A stretch of DNA of 64,000 bases from Gammaproteobacteria bacterium (lineage in GTDB: Bacteria > Pseudomonadota > Gammaproteobacteria > JAKBBU01): contig JAJFKN010000055.1 in the NCBI GenBank assembly GCA_021773195.1, forward strand, positions 65,194-129,193, written 5' to 3'. Below, piece after piece: positions 10,725 to 20,130 of this stretch (within the stretch, counting starts at the first letter, position 1; every line of letters begins with the position of its first letter). Below the pieces are notes generated by a model. The model did no database searches, was not told where the DNA came from, and saw nothing but the letters and a program-made list of their open reading frames with translations. Position numbers and translations under genes: made by a program.

Positions 10725-11510
10725 ATGAATATTCTTGATTTTCAAAAAATGAAAACCAGTGGGCAGAAAATTACAGTGCTTACTTGCTATGATTATTGGT
10801 CGGCACAAATTCTAGCCGATAGTGCTGTGGATTGCATCTTAGTGGGTGATAGCGCGGCTATGGTAATGCACGGCGAACAAACAACTGTACCGGCTACTAT
10901 GGATATGATGGCATTTCATATTCGAGCTGTGGTGAAAGGCGCGCCGAAGAAATTTGTTATTGGTGATTTGCCCTTTGCTTCTTACCGTTTATCTTTAACC
11001 GATAGTATATTAAACGCGCAGCGCTTAATGCAAGCGGGCTGCCATGCAGTAAAATTGGAAGGCGCTGCAGGCAATTTAGAACTCATTGAACGTATGGTGC
11101 AATCGGGCATACCCGTCATGGGGCACTTAGGCTTGACACCGCAGTCGGTGAATCAATTAGGTGGCTTTAAAGTGCAAGGGCGCGAAGAACGTGCGGGAGA
11201 AGTCATGTTGCAACAAGCCATAGCGTTGCAAGAAGCCGGTTGTTTTTCCATGGTATTGGAGTGCGTTCCTAAAGGATTAGCAGAAAAGATCACCGGACAA
11301 TTAAGCATCCCTACTATAGGGATAGGTGCGGGCCATGAAACCGATGGCCAAGTCTTGGTATTACAAGATATGTTGGGGATGCAGAAGGACGTAAATCTGA
11401 AGTTAACTAAGCGTTATCTACAGGGCTATGATTTAATGCTTAGCGCGGTGAATGAGTACTGTAGTGAAGTGAAAACACAGGATTTTCCCTCTGATGAGAA
11501 TTCATTTTAA
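10725..11510 (+). CDS. panB: 3-methyl-2-oxobutanoate hydroxymethyltransferase
   Basis: It carries the PanB motifs (ITVLTCYDYWSAQIL, GDSAAMVMHG). The ATG at 10725 is preferred because a GGAGG lies 6 nt upstream; the longer ORF from 10701 is less likely. Confidence 0.88.
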   Translation: MNILDFQKMKTSGQKITVLTCYDYWSAQILADSAVDCILVGDSAAMVMHGEQTTVPATMDMMAFHIRAVVKGAPKKFVIGDLPFASYRLSLTDSILNAQRLMQAGCHAVKLEGAAGNLELIERMVQSGIPVMGHLGLTPQSVNQLGGFKVQGREERAGEVMLQQAIALQEAGCFSMVLECVPKGLAEKITGQLSIPTIGIGAGHETDGQVLVLQDMLGMQKDVNLKLTKRYLQGYDLMLSAVNEYCSEVKTQDFPSDENSF

Positions 11511-11704
11511 TGGATGTCATTATACAGTGAATGGTGGCAATCAATGCGGTACCTCCGATCCCATTTTTTCAAACACGCGGTGAATAAAGCCCTGTACGCT
11601 CGGATTCAGCGTCCCTGCTGCATACGGTTTGAAAAAACAGGATCCACGGTTCGCATTGTTGCTTTAATTCACGTTACAATGCCAAAGTAAATGAGGTGAA
11701 TAAA

Positions 11705-12472
11705 ATGATATTATGTTTAGATGTTGGAAACTCCCATATTTTTGGTGGTGTATTTCATAATGATATAATCAAATTACGATTTCGTTATCCCAGTAATAAT
11801 TATTTAACTTCCGATCAATTGGGTACCTTCTTGAAAAGTGTCTTGCGAGAAAATCATGTGGACCCCGAGGATATTGAAGGTATTGCGTTATGTTCTGTCG
11901 TACCTTCTTTGGATTACTCCTTGCGCGCCGCTTTCATAAAATACTTTGATAAAGAACCGTTTATACTACAGCCGGGAGTAAAAACCGGCTTAAAAATTAA
12001 AGTGCAAAATCCTCAAGATGTGGGTTCCGATCGTATCGCTAGTGCCATTGCTGCGGTGAATTTATTCCCTAGTACAAATCTAATGGTGGTGGATTTTGGC
12101 ACCGCCACAACCTTTGAAGTCATCAGTAAAAACAGTGAATATTTAGGTGGCATCATTATGCCAGGTATAAAAACCGCCATGGAAGCTTTGCATATGAATG
12201 CTGCGCGCTTATCCCCCGTACAGATTGTAAGACCCGATGCGGTTGTGGGCACTACTACCGCGGCTAACATACAATCGGGCCTTTATTACAGTCAACTGGG
12301 TGCTCTAAAAGAAGTATCGCAACGCATTGCCAAAGAAATGTTTCGTGGCGATGCGCCCACCATTATCGGTACCGGTGGTTTCGCTCAACTGTTTGAAGAA
12401 GAACAGATTTTCCATGAAATCGTCTCTGACCTGGTTTTGCAGGGTATTCGTTGGGCTTCAGAAAAGAATTAA
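11705..12472 (+). CDS. coaX: Type III pantothenate kinase
   Basis: MILCLDVGNSHIF...GTATTFE... shows the BVU/CoaX ASKHA fold signature. A GAGGTG RBS lies before the ATG at 11705. Confidence 0.88.
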   Translation: MILCLDVGNSHIFGGVFHNDIIKLRFRYPSNNYLTSDQLGTFLKSVLRENHVDPEDIEGIALCSVVPSLDYSLRAAFIKYFDKEPFILQPGVKTGLKIKVQNPQDVGSDRIASAIAAVNLFPSTNLMVVDFGTATTFEVISKNSEYLGGIIMPGIKTAMEALHMNAARLSPVQIVRPDAVVGTTTAANIQSGLYYSQLGALKEVSQRIAKEMFRGDAPTIIGTGGFAQLFEEEQIFHEIVSDLVLQGIRWASEKN

Positions 12473-12580
12473 CTAATCAAAAAGTTACAGAGCAGAGGCA
12501 CTTTATTATAGCCATTCAAGGGCTAATCTATTTGTTATTTGTACTATAATTACGGCTGAATGATAATTTAGGGTATCACC

Positions 12581-13096
12581 ATGAAAAAATACATATTAAT
12601 GATTGCGGGACTATGTTTTGCTTTCTTAGGGCTTTCTGCCTATGCCAGTGGGGGGAATGCTTGCAGCGGAACCTATATTAAAATTCTCAATGCTACGTCA
12701 AAAAATATTGGTAATTTCAAATGTGAGGGCAAGGATTATACCTGCACCTTCACAAAGAATACCGTATCACCTGATCCAGATAACTCTGTTGTCGTAGGTA
12801 GCATGCGCAGTCGAGATGGTAGTTCAGACGTGTATACCTTAAAAGGGAAGGTGATATTCGAAGTAAAAGATGGTGGTGGAGAGCATAAGAATACCTTGAT
12901 AACAGGGAAATTCCGTACTAAAGCAAAGAGTCTTTCTTTTAATAGTGGGTGTACGACTCATGCCGATGATGGGACGCCCAAGATTGAATATGACGATGGT
13001 TCAACAAAGAAATATAAAGTTAAACCCTCTGACAAAAACGGTAAGAAGTCGAAGCCTGGATACATTAAGTATAAAGTCGAGGATGCAACGCCTTAA
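12581..13096 (+). CDS. Secreted hypothetical protein, paralog 1 (171 aa, signal peptide)
   Basis: It has a signal peptide (MKKYILMIAGLCFAFLGLSAYA). It shares conserved blocks with the next gene: YASGGNACSGT, DYTCTFTK, VSPDPDNSVVVGSMRSRDGSS, CTTHAD and GYIKYKV. Confidence 0.65.
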   Translation: MKKYILMIAGLCFAFLGLSAYASGGNACSGTYIKILNATSKNIGNFKCEGKDYTCTFTKNTVSPDPDNSVVVGSMRSRDGSSDVYTLKGKVIFEVKDGGGEHKNTLITGKFRTKAKSLSFNSGCTTHADDGTPKIEYDDGSTKKYKVKPSDKNGKKSKPGYIKYKVEDATP

Positions 13097-13331
13097 TCGA
13101 AGTAGGTAGTTGTGGCATCTGAATAGTCTCACAACATATCAGCGTGAAACGGTTTCAGGCTGGAGCGCCTACCATTGTGGGCTTTAGAAAAGAATACAAA
13201 TTCAAGCAGTTAACTGCCCTTGGCAATTCAAAAAAGTGATTTAATAACAATAGGTTAACATTCTTAACCTATTTACATTGAGCACTATTTGTGCTAGTGT
13301 GGGCACTTAAATTATAAGCGAGTGTATTACT

Positions 13332-13847
13332 ATGAAAAAATATGTTAAAGCCCTAGTAGGCTTGTGTTTTGTTGTGCCTGGGATTTATGCCTATGCCAGT
13401 GGGGGGAATGCTTGTTCCGGAACGGAAATTAAAATTCTCAACGACACGCCCTATAATATCGGTGATTTTAAGTGTGACACGGATGATTATACCTGTACCT
13501 TTACAAAATCTTATGTGTCGCCTGATCCTGATAACTCTGTGGTGGTGGGTAGCATGCGCAGTCGTGATGGCAGTTCAAAGGTGCGTACTCTGAGTGGCAA
13601 AGTGAAGTTCCAAATAAGGGACGGTGGTGACCAAAATACCCTGGTTACGGCTAAATTCGAAACGATTGCCGGTGCTCTCGCAGGTCCTGCGGCGTGCACG
13701 ACCCATGCTGATGAGGATAAGGACGGGCCCAAGATTGAACACGAAGGTTCAAAGAAATATAAGGTGAAAACCGACGACAAGAATAAAAAAGCCTACAGTT
13801 CAAAAGTAGGCTACATCAAGTATAAGGTCTACGATAAGACGGCTTAG
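13332..13847 (+). CDS. Secreted hypothetical protein, paralog 2 (171 aa, signal peptide)
   Basis: This is a tandem paralog of 12581..13096 with the same length and conserved Cys positions, plus stretches of near-identical nucleotide sequence. Confidence 0.65.
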   Translation: MKKYVKALVGLCFVVPGIYAYASGGNACSGTEIKILNDTPYNIGDFKCDTDDYTCTFTKSYVSPDPDNSVVVGSMRSRDGSSKVRTLSGKVKFQIRDGGDQNTLVTAKFETIAGALAGPAACTTHADEDKDGPKIEHEGSKKYKVKTDDKNKKAYSSKVGYIKYKVYDKTA

Positions 13848-13860
13848 CCCAGAGAGAATG

Positions 13861-13890
13861 ATGACATCCATGTTCTCACATGGATGTCAT
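13861..13890. terminator. Perfect 12-bp inverted repeat (ATGACATCCATG-ttctca-CATGGATGTCAT) between convergent genes, spanning the rpiA stop codon
   Basis: This was read directly from the sequence. The right arm encodes the last four codons of rpiA (MTSM), and the loop contains its stop codon. There is no flanking U-tract. Confidence 0.5.
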
Positions 13891-14532
13891 GACTTCTATA
13901 CCATGTTTTGTCCCCAGCAATAAAACATCGGCTGGGCGCATAGCAAATAAACCGTTACACACCACACCCGTAATATTATTAATGGCTTGTTCCATTTTCA
14001 AAGGCATCGTTAAGTCTAATCCATGAACGTCTAGGATGATATTACCGTTATCCGTAGTAAAGCCTTCTCGATAAGCTGGGCTACCACCTTGACGCACCAT
14101 TTCTCGCCCCACCAAAGAACGTGCCATGGGAATGACTTCCACGGGCAAAGGGAATTCGCCCAACACATCCACTAATTTTGATTCATCGGCAATACACACA
14201 AATTGTTTGGCAACGGCAGCAATGATCTTTTCTCTCGTTAAAGCACCACCACCGCCTTTGATCATGACCATGTGTTGAGTAATTTCATCGGTGCCGTCCA
14301 CATAAACGGGAATACTGTTGACGGTATTTAAATCGTAAACGGGAATGCCATGATCCTTTAAGCGTTGAGCGCTGGCTTCACTGCTGGCGACAGCCCCTTC
14401 AATGCGATGTCTGATACTTGCCAGGGCATCAATGAAATAATTCACAGTGGATCCTGTGCCTACGCCCACAATGCTGTTATCTTCGATATATTTTAAAGCC
14501 GCTTGAGCGGCCTGTTCCTTTTGTACATTCAT
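13876..14532 (-). CDS. rpiA: Ribose-5-phosphate isomerase A
   Basis: It carries the RpiA motifs (VGVGTGST near the N-terminus, [11 protein letters not shown]). Confidence 0.9.
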   Translation of the reverse strand: MNVQKEQAAQAALKYIEDNSIVGVGTGSTVNYFIDALASIRHRIEGAVASSEASAQRLKDHGIPVYDLNTVNSIPVYVDGTDEITQHMVMIKGGGGALTREKIIAAVAKQFVCIADESKLVDVLGEFPLPVEVIPMARSLVGREMVRQGGSPAYREGFTTDNGNIILDVHGLDLTMPLKMEQAINNITGVVCNGLFAMRPADVLLLGTKHGIEVMTSM

Positions 14533-14834
14533 CGATCATTCGTCCCATGAAAAGAACCCATTATATCGATAGTTGGCTTCCTATGGCTATGGGCTATTAG
14601 CTGACAATTTTTGAGCATATTTTTCCATTTTCAACAGGTTAGGGATATATCTATCAGAATAAACTCACAAAAAGTGAAAAAAAAAGCCTTAAATTGAGAA
14701 ATATCTCACAGACAGTGTTCATAGAAGGCTCGTATAATGTCTCATCACTGGAATGAATGACCAAATGGAAGGTTGAACAGGATTTCAACACTCACGGATG
14801 AGCCTTATTATTATAGAAATGAATGGAGAAGAAT

Positions 14835-14984
14835 ATGTTTCGGCAACTGCCACAAGAATTACAAGACACTTTACTGAATTATCTGCAAAGCAATGATTTC
14901 CCTATGGCGAAGCAGCTGTATGATGGTTGGTTAGCAACACAAGTAAAAGAATCAAATCAATTGCAAAGCTTAGCTGCTGAGTAG
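14835..14984 (+). CDS. Possible small protein (49 aa) in a 460-bp intergenic gap
   Basis: ATG preceded by GGAG 7 nt upstream. The product is MFRQLPQELQDTLLNYLQSNDFPMAKQLYDGWLATQVKESNQLQSLAAE. I recognise no homology. Confidence 0.25.
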   Translation: MFRQLPQELQDTLLNYLQSNDFPMAKQLYDGWLATQVKESNQLQSLAAE

Positions 14985-14993
14985 TTTTGGTCG

Positions 14994-15533
14994 TTAGTGA
15001 TTGCTATATAACGAATAGGCGACCTCGCCGGCTGTTTTCGTTTTAATGCATGGCCAGGGTAATGCAATATCGTCTGAACACTTTTCTTTTTCCACATAAA
15101 GAACCCCATTTGCTTTTAACAATTGTTTTTCTACGATGAGATCACAGATGGGTTGCAATAAGTTTTTTTCAAAGGGCGGATCTAAAAAGATAATATCAAA
15201 AGCCTGTGACGTGCTATTTAAGAATTGCGTAGCATCTAGGGCTTGGATATCGCCACAAGCTTGTATCAGAACTAGATTATTTTGTAGGGTTTTCGCCGTT
15301 TGAGCATGCTTTTCCACGAAGGTGCAAGATGCGGCACCTCTAGATAGAGCTTCAAAACCTAAGGCACCTGTGCCTGCAAAGAGGTCTAAGCAGGTTGCGC
15401 CATGAATATTTTCAGCCAGCCAATTAAATAGGGTTTCGCGCACTCGGTCGGGGGTAGGGCGCAGGGTTTCTTCATTAGGGACATTTAATTTGCGCCCGCG
15501 CCAGCGGCCTGCAATGATACGTATCTTTCCCAT
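14994..15533 (-). CDS. rsmD: 16S rRNA (guanine966-N2)-methyltransferase
   Basis: It has the RsmD family N-terminus (IIAGRWRGRKL..P....RPT.DRVRE.LFN) and a SAM-binding DLFAGTG motif. Confidence 0.85.
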   Translation of the reverse strand: MGKIRIIAGRWRGRKLNVPNEETLRPTPDRVRETLFNWLAENIHGATCLDLFAGTGALGFEALSRGAASCTFVEKHAQTAKTLQNNLVLIQACGDIQALDATQFLNSTSQAFDIIFLDPPFEKNLLQPICDLIVEKQLLKANGVLYVEKEKCSDDIALPWPCIKTKTAGEVAYSLYSNH

Positions 15534-15534
15534 A

Positions 15535-16899
15535 CTAAGAATTAGCGTTATCAGTTGTAGCTGCTGGGATGGGTGGTGTTTGGCCCACAGTTACAATTAA
15601 TAAATCATTCATTTTTACGTGCTTTGCAAAGGCTTCTTGCACCTGCTTGGCCGTGACCTTTTCAATGTTTTTACGGAAAGTATCGAGGAAGTCCAAGGGT
15701 AAGTCATAATAAGCAATCAGTAACACATAATCACTGATGGCAGCATTGCTATCCAAACGAAGAGGGAAGCTGCCGATGAGGTTACTTTTAGCAGCGGCTA
15801 ATTCCTGCTCCGTGGGACCATGAGTGATAAAGTTTTGCAAAACTTGTTGCGTCATTTTGATGGCTTTGGGTGCTTGGCTATTAATGGTTTGTAGATTAAT
15901 CACAAAAGGTCCATTAGCTAGCATGGGTTTGAAACGGCTATTAATGTCATAGGTTAAACCCGCTTGTTCGCGCACAGTTTTGAATAAGCGTGAAACCAAT
16001 GACCCGCCACCTAGTGTGTAATTGCCCACATAGAGTGGGAAAAAATCAGGGCTCTTCCAATTTATTCCAATTTCACCCATGCGCACATGGGTTTGTTCCG
16101 AAGGATAGGGATAATTCTGTACGGCAGAGCGATTAAGGGGTACTTCTGTTAGTTTGTCCGCAGGCTTGCCTTTGGGTAATTTACCCACAACTTTGTTAGC
16201 TATCTCAGTTGCTTGTTTTTTCGTTACATCACCAACAATGATGACTTTGGCATTTTCGCCTACATAATAGCGATTATAAAACTGTTGAACATTGCTTAGT
16301 GTTGTTCTAGAAATACTTTCTACGTTACCCATAATAGGATGGGCGTAGGGGTAATTGCCATAAAGGTGTTGATAAAAGTATTTGCTAGCCACATTCCCTG
16401 GGTCTTGGTCTTGCATTTTAATCGCTGAGATACTGCGTTTTTGCAAACGGGTATAAGCTTTCTTGGGGAAGTTAGGCTGGGTAATGACTTGAGCAAAGAT
16501 GTTTAAAGCTGGCTTTAAGAGTAATTTATCCGTCATGCTGCGCAAGCTTACAGTGGCCATGTCTCTATTGGTGCTGTCATCAAAGATAGCGCCAGTGGTG
16601 TCAAAGGCATCGGCAATGGCATCGTCGCTGAGTTTTTTTGTACCTAGATTTAGCATATTATTGGTTAAAGTGGCTAAGCCAAAATCACCATTGTCATGGG
16701 CACTCCCCGCATCAAAAGCAACGGTGATATCCACAATAGGTAAACCCTGGGAATGCACAAAATAAACTTGCGCATTATTATGGGTTTTCCAATGTTGGAT
16801 ATCCAATACTTTATGTTCTTTTGCAAAGCAGGGCGTGGTGGCTAAGCAAATTAAACTAAAGGCAGAGAAGACTTTTAATAGAAGGTTATTACTGCGCAT
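15535..16899 (-). CDS. M16-family peptidase, non-catalytic partner (lacks HxxEH)
   Basis: It has the M16 fold length and a signal peptide, but no inverzincin HxxEH motif. It is adjacent to the active subunit. Confidence 0.75.
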   Translation of the reverse strand: MRSNNLLLKVFSAFSLICLATTPCFAKEHKVLDIQHWKTHNNAQVYFVHSQGLPIVDITVAFDAGSAHDNGDFGLATLTNNMLNLGTKKLSDDAIADAFDTTGAIFDDSTNRDMATVSLRSMTDKLLLKPALNIFAQVITQPNFPKKAYTRLQKRSISAIKMQDQDPGNVASKYFYQHLYGNYPYAHPIMGNVESISRTTLSNVQQFYNRYYVGENAKVIIVGDVTKKQATEIANKVVGKLPKGKPADKLTEVPLNRSAVQNYPYPSEQTHVRMGEIGINWKSPDFFPLYVGNYTLGGGSLVSRLFKTVREQAGLTYDINSRFKPMLANGPFVINLQTINSQAPKAIKMTQQVLQNFITHGPTEQELAAAKSNLIGSFPLRLDSNAAISDYVLLIAYYDLPLDFLDTFRKNIEKVTAKQVQEAFAKHVKMNDLLIVTVGQTPPIPAATTDNANS

Positions 16900-18265
16900 T
16901 TGCGTTGCCTCCCTGTGGTTGAGCGGGTTTGCCCGCTGATTGCGGTTGCAATAGAGCTATACTCATATTGTCAGCACTAAAGTATTTTTTGGCGACGTCT
17001 TGCACTTGTTGGGGTGTAATAGCACGCACGTTACTAACAAAATCACTGAGTGTATTTAGAGGTAAACCCAAACTGGCGGTTTCACCAATTTCCATAGCCT
17101 GTTGCGCAATGGAATCTTCAGAGTAGACCCGTGAAGCGATGACTTGGGTTTTTATCCGTTCCATTTCTTTCTCGCTGATGGGTGTTGTTTTAAGTATTTC
17201 AATTTGTTGTAAAAAAGCTTGTTCCAATTGAGGGATACTGTAAGCAGGCCCTGGCGTGCCCGATATATAAAATAGATCAGCAAACAAACTTAAAGGATCG
17301 TATTGAGCATCGACACTAACGGCTACTTGTTGCTGACGTACCAATTGACTGGGCAAGCGTGCACTGTCACCGCCATCCAAAATAGCGGCTAATACATACA
17401 ATGCATAAGGTTCCCAGGATACTCTAGCCGTGGTAAGGGAGGGTGTATTAAAGGCGATAACCAACCAAGGCAGTTTGGCGGGAGTACGCACGATAACACT
17501 GCGCTGGCCATTAGACTTAGGTGGTGTTTGTGGTTTTAGTTTTGGAACGGGACGTGCGGGAATGTTACCAAAATATTGCTGCGCTAATTTAAATACTTTT
17601 TTCGGTTTCACATCACCCACTACCACGAGGGTGGCATTGTTGGGCACGTACCACATTTTATACCAGCTTTGTAAATCTTCATCGGTGAGGCTTTGCAAAT
17701 CACTCATCCAACCAATGGTGGGATGTTGGTAGGGGGCTGTGAGATGAGCAATGGCGTTCAAGCGTTCCATGGTCATGGCTTGAGGGTTATCGTCAGTGCG
17801 CAAACGGCGTTCTTCTTTCACTACTTTAATTTCATGCTGAAAATTCTTTTGGGATAAGGCTAAATTTTGCATACGATCGGCTTCTAACTTGAAGCTGATG
17901 GGCAATTTGTCCGCTGACATTTCTTCGTAATAAGCGGTGAAGTCACGGGAGGTAAACGCATTCTGTTGGCCCCCATTTTCCGCAATGGTTTGTAAAAAGA
18001 CACCTTCAGGATAGGTCTTTGTGCCTTGAAACATCATGTGTTCCAAAGCATGGGAGATGCCTGTAAAGCCGGGTAATTCGTATGCCGAGCCCACTTTATA
18101 CCAGATTTGAGACATCACAACAGGTGCTCGTTTATCCACCTTTACGATGACATTAAGACCATTTTTCAATTGATATGTCTGATATTTATCCATATCAGAG
18201 GCTAAGCATTGTCCAGCAAGGGAAAGTCCCAGTGCAATGGCAAGACTTCGTAACCATTTATTCAT
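16889..18265 (-). CDS. M16-family zinc peptidase (pitrilysin-like), catalytic subunit
   Basis: HALEHMMFQGT matches the inverzincin HxxEH motif. It has a signal peptide. Confidence 0.8.
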   Translation of the reverse strand: MNKWLRSLAIALGLSLAGQCLASDMDKYQTYQLKNGLNVIVKVDKRAPVVMSQIWYKVGSAYELPGFTGISHALEHMMFQGTKTYPEGVFLQTIAENGGQQNAFTSRDFTAYYEEMSADKLPISFKLEADRMQNLALSQKNFQHEIKVVKEERRLRTDDNPQAMTMERLNAIAHLTAPYQHPTIGWMSDLQSLTDEDLQSWYKMWYVPNNATLVVVGDVKPKKVFKLAQQYFGNIPARPVPKLKPQTPPKSNGQRSVIVRTPAKLPWLVIAFNTPSLTTARVSWEPYALYVLAAILDGGDSARLPSQLVRQQQVAVSVDAQYDPLSLFADLFYISGTPGPAYSIPQLEQAFLQQIEILKTTPISEKEMERIKTQVIASRVYSEDSIAQQAMEIGETASLGLPLNTLSDFVSNVRAITPQQVQDVAKKYFSADNMSIALLQPQSAGKPAQPQGGNANAQ

Positions 18266-18415
18266 GTGGAAACCTCAAGGTGGCATTTGACCGTGGACTC
18301 TAATATAACCATTAATGTTAAGAGCCGCCATAAAATCTGCAGCCCCTTACTATCGGGGGCGCTCAGAGGATGTTAGGATAGCGTACTTCCCAGGTTAACC
18401 CCAGCCAGCAATTGG

Positions 18416-19453
18416 ATGAATTTAGTTATGCGCAGTTTCTTTAAGAAGAAAACCACTCCAACAACAGAAGCACAACCTAAGACAGAAGTCTCACCAGAAG
18501 CTTCAGCGAAGGAGCCCAAGCCCCAAGGTTTTTTTAAACGTTTAAAAGATGGCCTGAGTAAAACGCGCACAACTCTAACCTCAGGCATGGGTGACCTTTT
18601 TCTTGGCAAAAAAGCCATCGATGAAAGTATTTTAGAAGAATTGGAAACTCACCTCATCATGGCGGACGTGGGAGTGGAGGCTACTCAAAAAATCTTAGGG
18701 GAGTTGACCAGCCAAGTCGCCCGTAAAGAATTGGTGGATTCTGAAGCATTAATGCAAGCCCTGCAAGCCAAACTGCGTCTCATTTTGGATGTGGGTAAAC
18801 CCATGGAAGGCTTTGAGCACCAACCTCTGGTCATTCTAATGGTTGGGGTTAATGGTAATGGCAAGACCACCACCATTGGTAAATTAGCTAAGCGTTTCCA
18901 AGCCCAGGGTAAAACCGTCATGCTAGCAGCTGGAGATACGTTCCGAGCGGCGGCTATTGAACAATTGCAGGCTTGGGGTGAGCGCAATAACATTCCTGTC
19001 GTGGCCCAACAAAAGGGCGCTGATAGTGCCGCCGTGGCTTTTGATGCCCTGCAGGCAGCAAAGTCTCGAGGTGTGGATGTTTTAATCGTGGATACGGCAG
19101 GTCGCCTGCACACCCAGCAAGGTTTAATGGATGAATTGAAGAAGGTCAAGCGGGTCTTGGGTAAGGTGGATGAACAGGCCCCTCAGGAAGTATTATTGGT
19201 GCTGGATGCGGCCACAGGCCAGAATGCCCTGGTGCAAGCGCAAGAATTTCATCAAGCCATTGGCATAAATGGCATAGTATTGACTAAACTGGATGGAACG
19301 GCCAAAGGTGGGATCACCTTTGCCATTGCCCATAAGATGCAGTTACCCATTCGATATATTGGCGTGGGTGAAGGTATCGATGATTTGCAGCCCTTCGATG
19401 GGGAAGCATTTGTGGCGGCGCTGTTTGCCGTGGAATCTGAGGTTGAGGCATGA
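18416..19453 (+). CDS. ftsY: Signal recognition particle receptor
   Basis: It has the NG domain with a GVNGNGKTTTIGKLA P-loop and DTAGR. Confidence 0.9.
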   Translation: MNLVMRSFFKKKTTPTTEAQPKTEVSPEASAKEPKPQGFFKRLKDGLSKTRTTLTSGMGDLFLGKKAIDESILEELETHLIMADVGVEATQKILGELTSQVARKELVDSEALMQALQAKLRLILDVGKPMEGFEHQPLVILMVGVNGNGKTTTIGKLAKRFQAQGKTVMLAAGDTFRAAAIEQLQAWGERNNIPVVAQQKGADSAAVAFDALQAAKSRGVDVLIVDTAGRLHTQQGLMDELKKVKRVLGKVDEQAPQEVLLVLDAATGQNALVQAQEFHQAIGINGIVLTKLDGTAKGGITFAIAHKMQLPIRYIGVGEGIDDLQPFDGEAFVAALFAVESEVEA

Positions 19454-20130
19454 TTCGATTCATTAATGTCAGTAAGCGTTACCCCAATGGGCAAGAAGCC
19501 TTACAAAAGGTGAGCTTTCAGGTAAAGCCTGGGGAAATGGCTTTTTTGACGGGCCATTCCGGTGCGGGAAAAAGCAGCTTATTGAAATTAATCGCCCTTA
19601 TCGAACGTTCCAGCCAAGGCCAAGTTTTTGTGGAAGGCCAAAATTTAAATGGCATTAAGCATAAAGACATCCCTTTCCTGCGCCGAAAAATGGGATTGAT
19701 TTTCCAAAACCCTCGTTTATTGAAAGAGCGTACGGTATTTGATAATGTGGCCTTGCCTTTGATTATCGATGGTTACCGCCATCAAGATATTTCGCGCCGT
19801 GTGCGCGGTGCTTTAGATAAAGTGGGATTGTTAGATAAAGAAAAAACTTACCCTGACTTTTTATCTCAAGGGGAACAGCAGCGGGTGGGCATCGCTCGTG
19901 CCGTTGTGAATAAGCCGCGTTTATTATTGGCCGATGAACCCACCGGTAATTTGGATCCTGACTTATCTCGAGAAATTATGGGGTTGTTTAATCAATTTAA
20001 AAAAGTGGGGGTGACGGTATTGGTGGCAAGCCATGATTTGGCCTTAATTGCGGGGCTTAAGCACCGCATTTTAACGTTAAAAGGCGGTCAATTAATCAGT
20101 GGTATGGTGGATGCGCAACATGGCAAATAA
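19450..20130 (+). CDS. ftsE: Cell division ATP-binding protein
   Basis: It is an ABC ATPase ([27 protein letters not shown]). It overlaps ftsY by 4 bp and is followed by ftsX. Confidence 0.9.
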   Translation: MIRFINVSKRYPNGQEALQKVSFQVKPGEMAFLTGHSGAGKSSLLKLIALIERSSQGQVFVEGQNLNGIKHKDIPFLRRKMGLIFQNPRLLKERTVFDNVALPLIIDGYRHQDISRRVRGALDKVGLLDKEKTYPDFLSQGEQQRVGIARAVVNKPRLLLADEPTGNLDPDLSREIMGLFNQFKKVGVTVLVASHDLALIAGLKHRILTLKGGQLISGMVDAQHGK

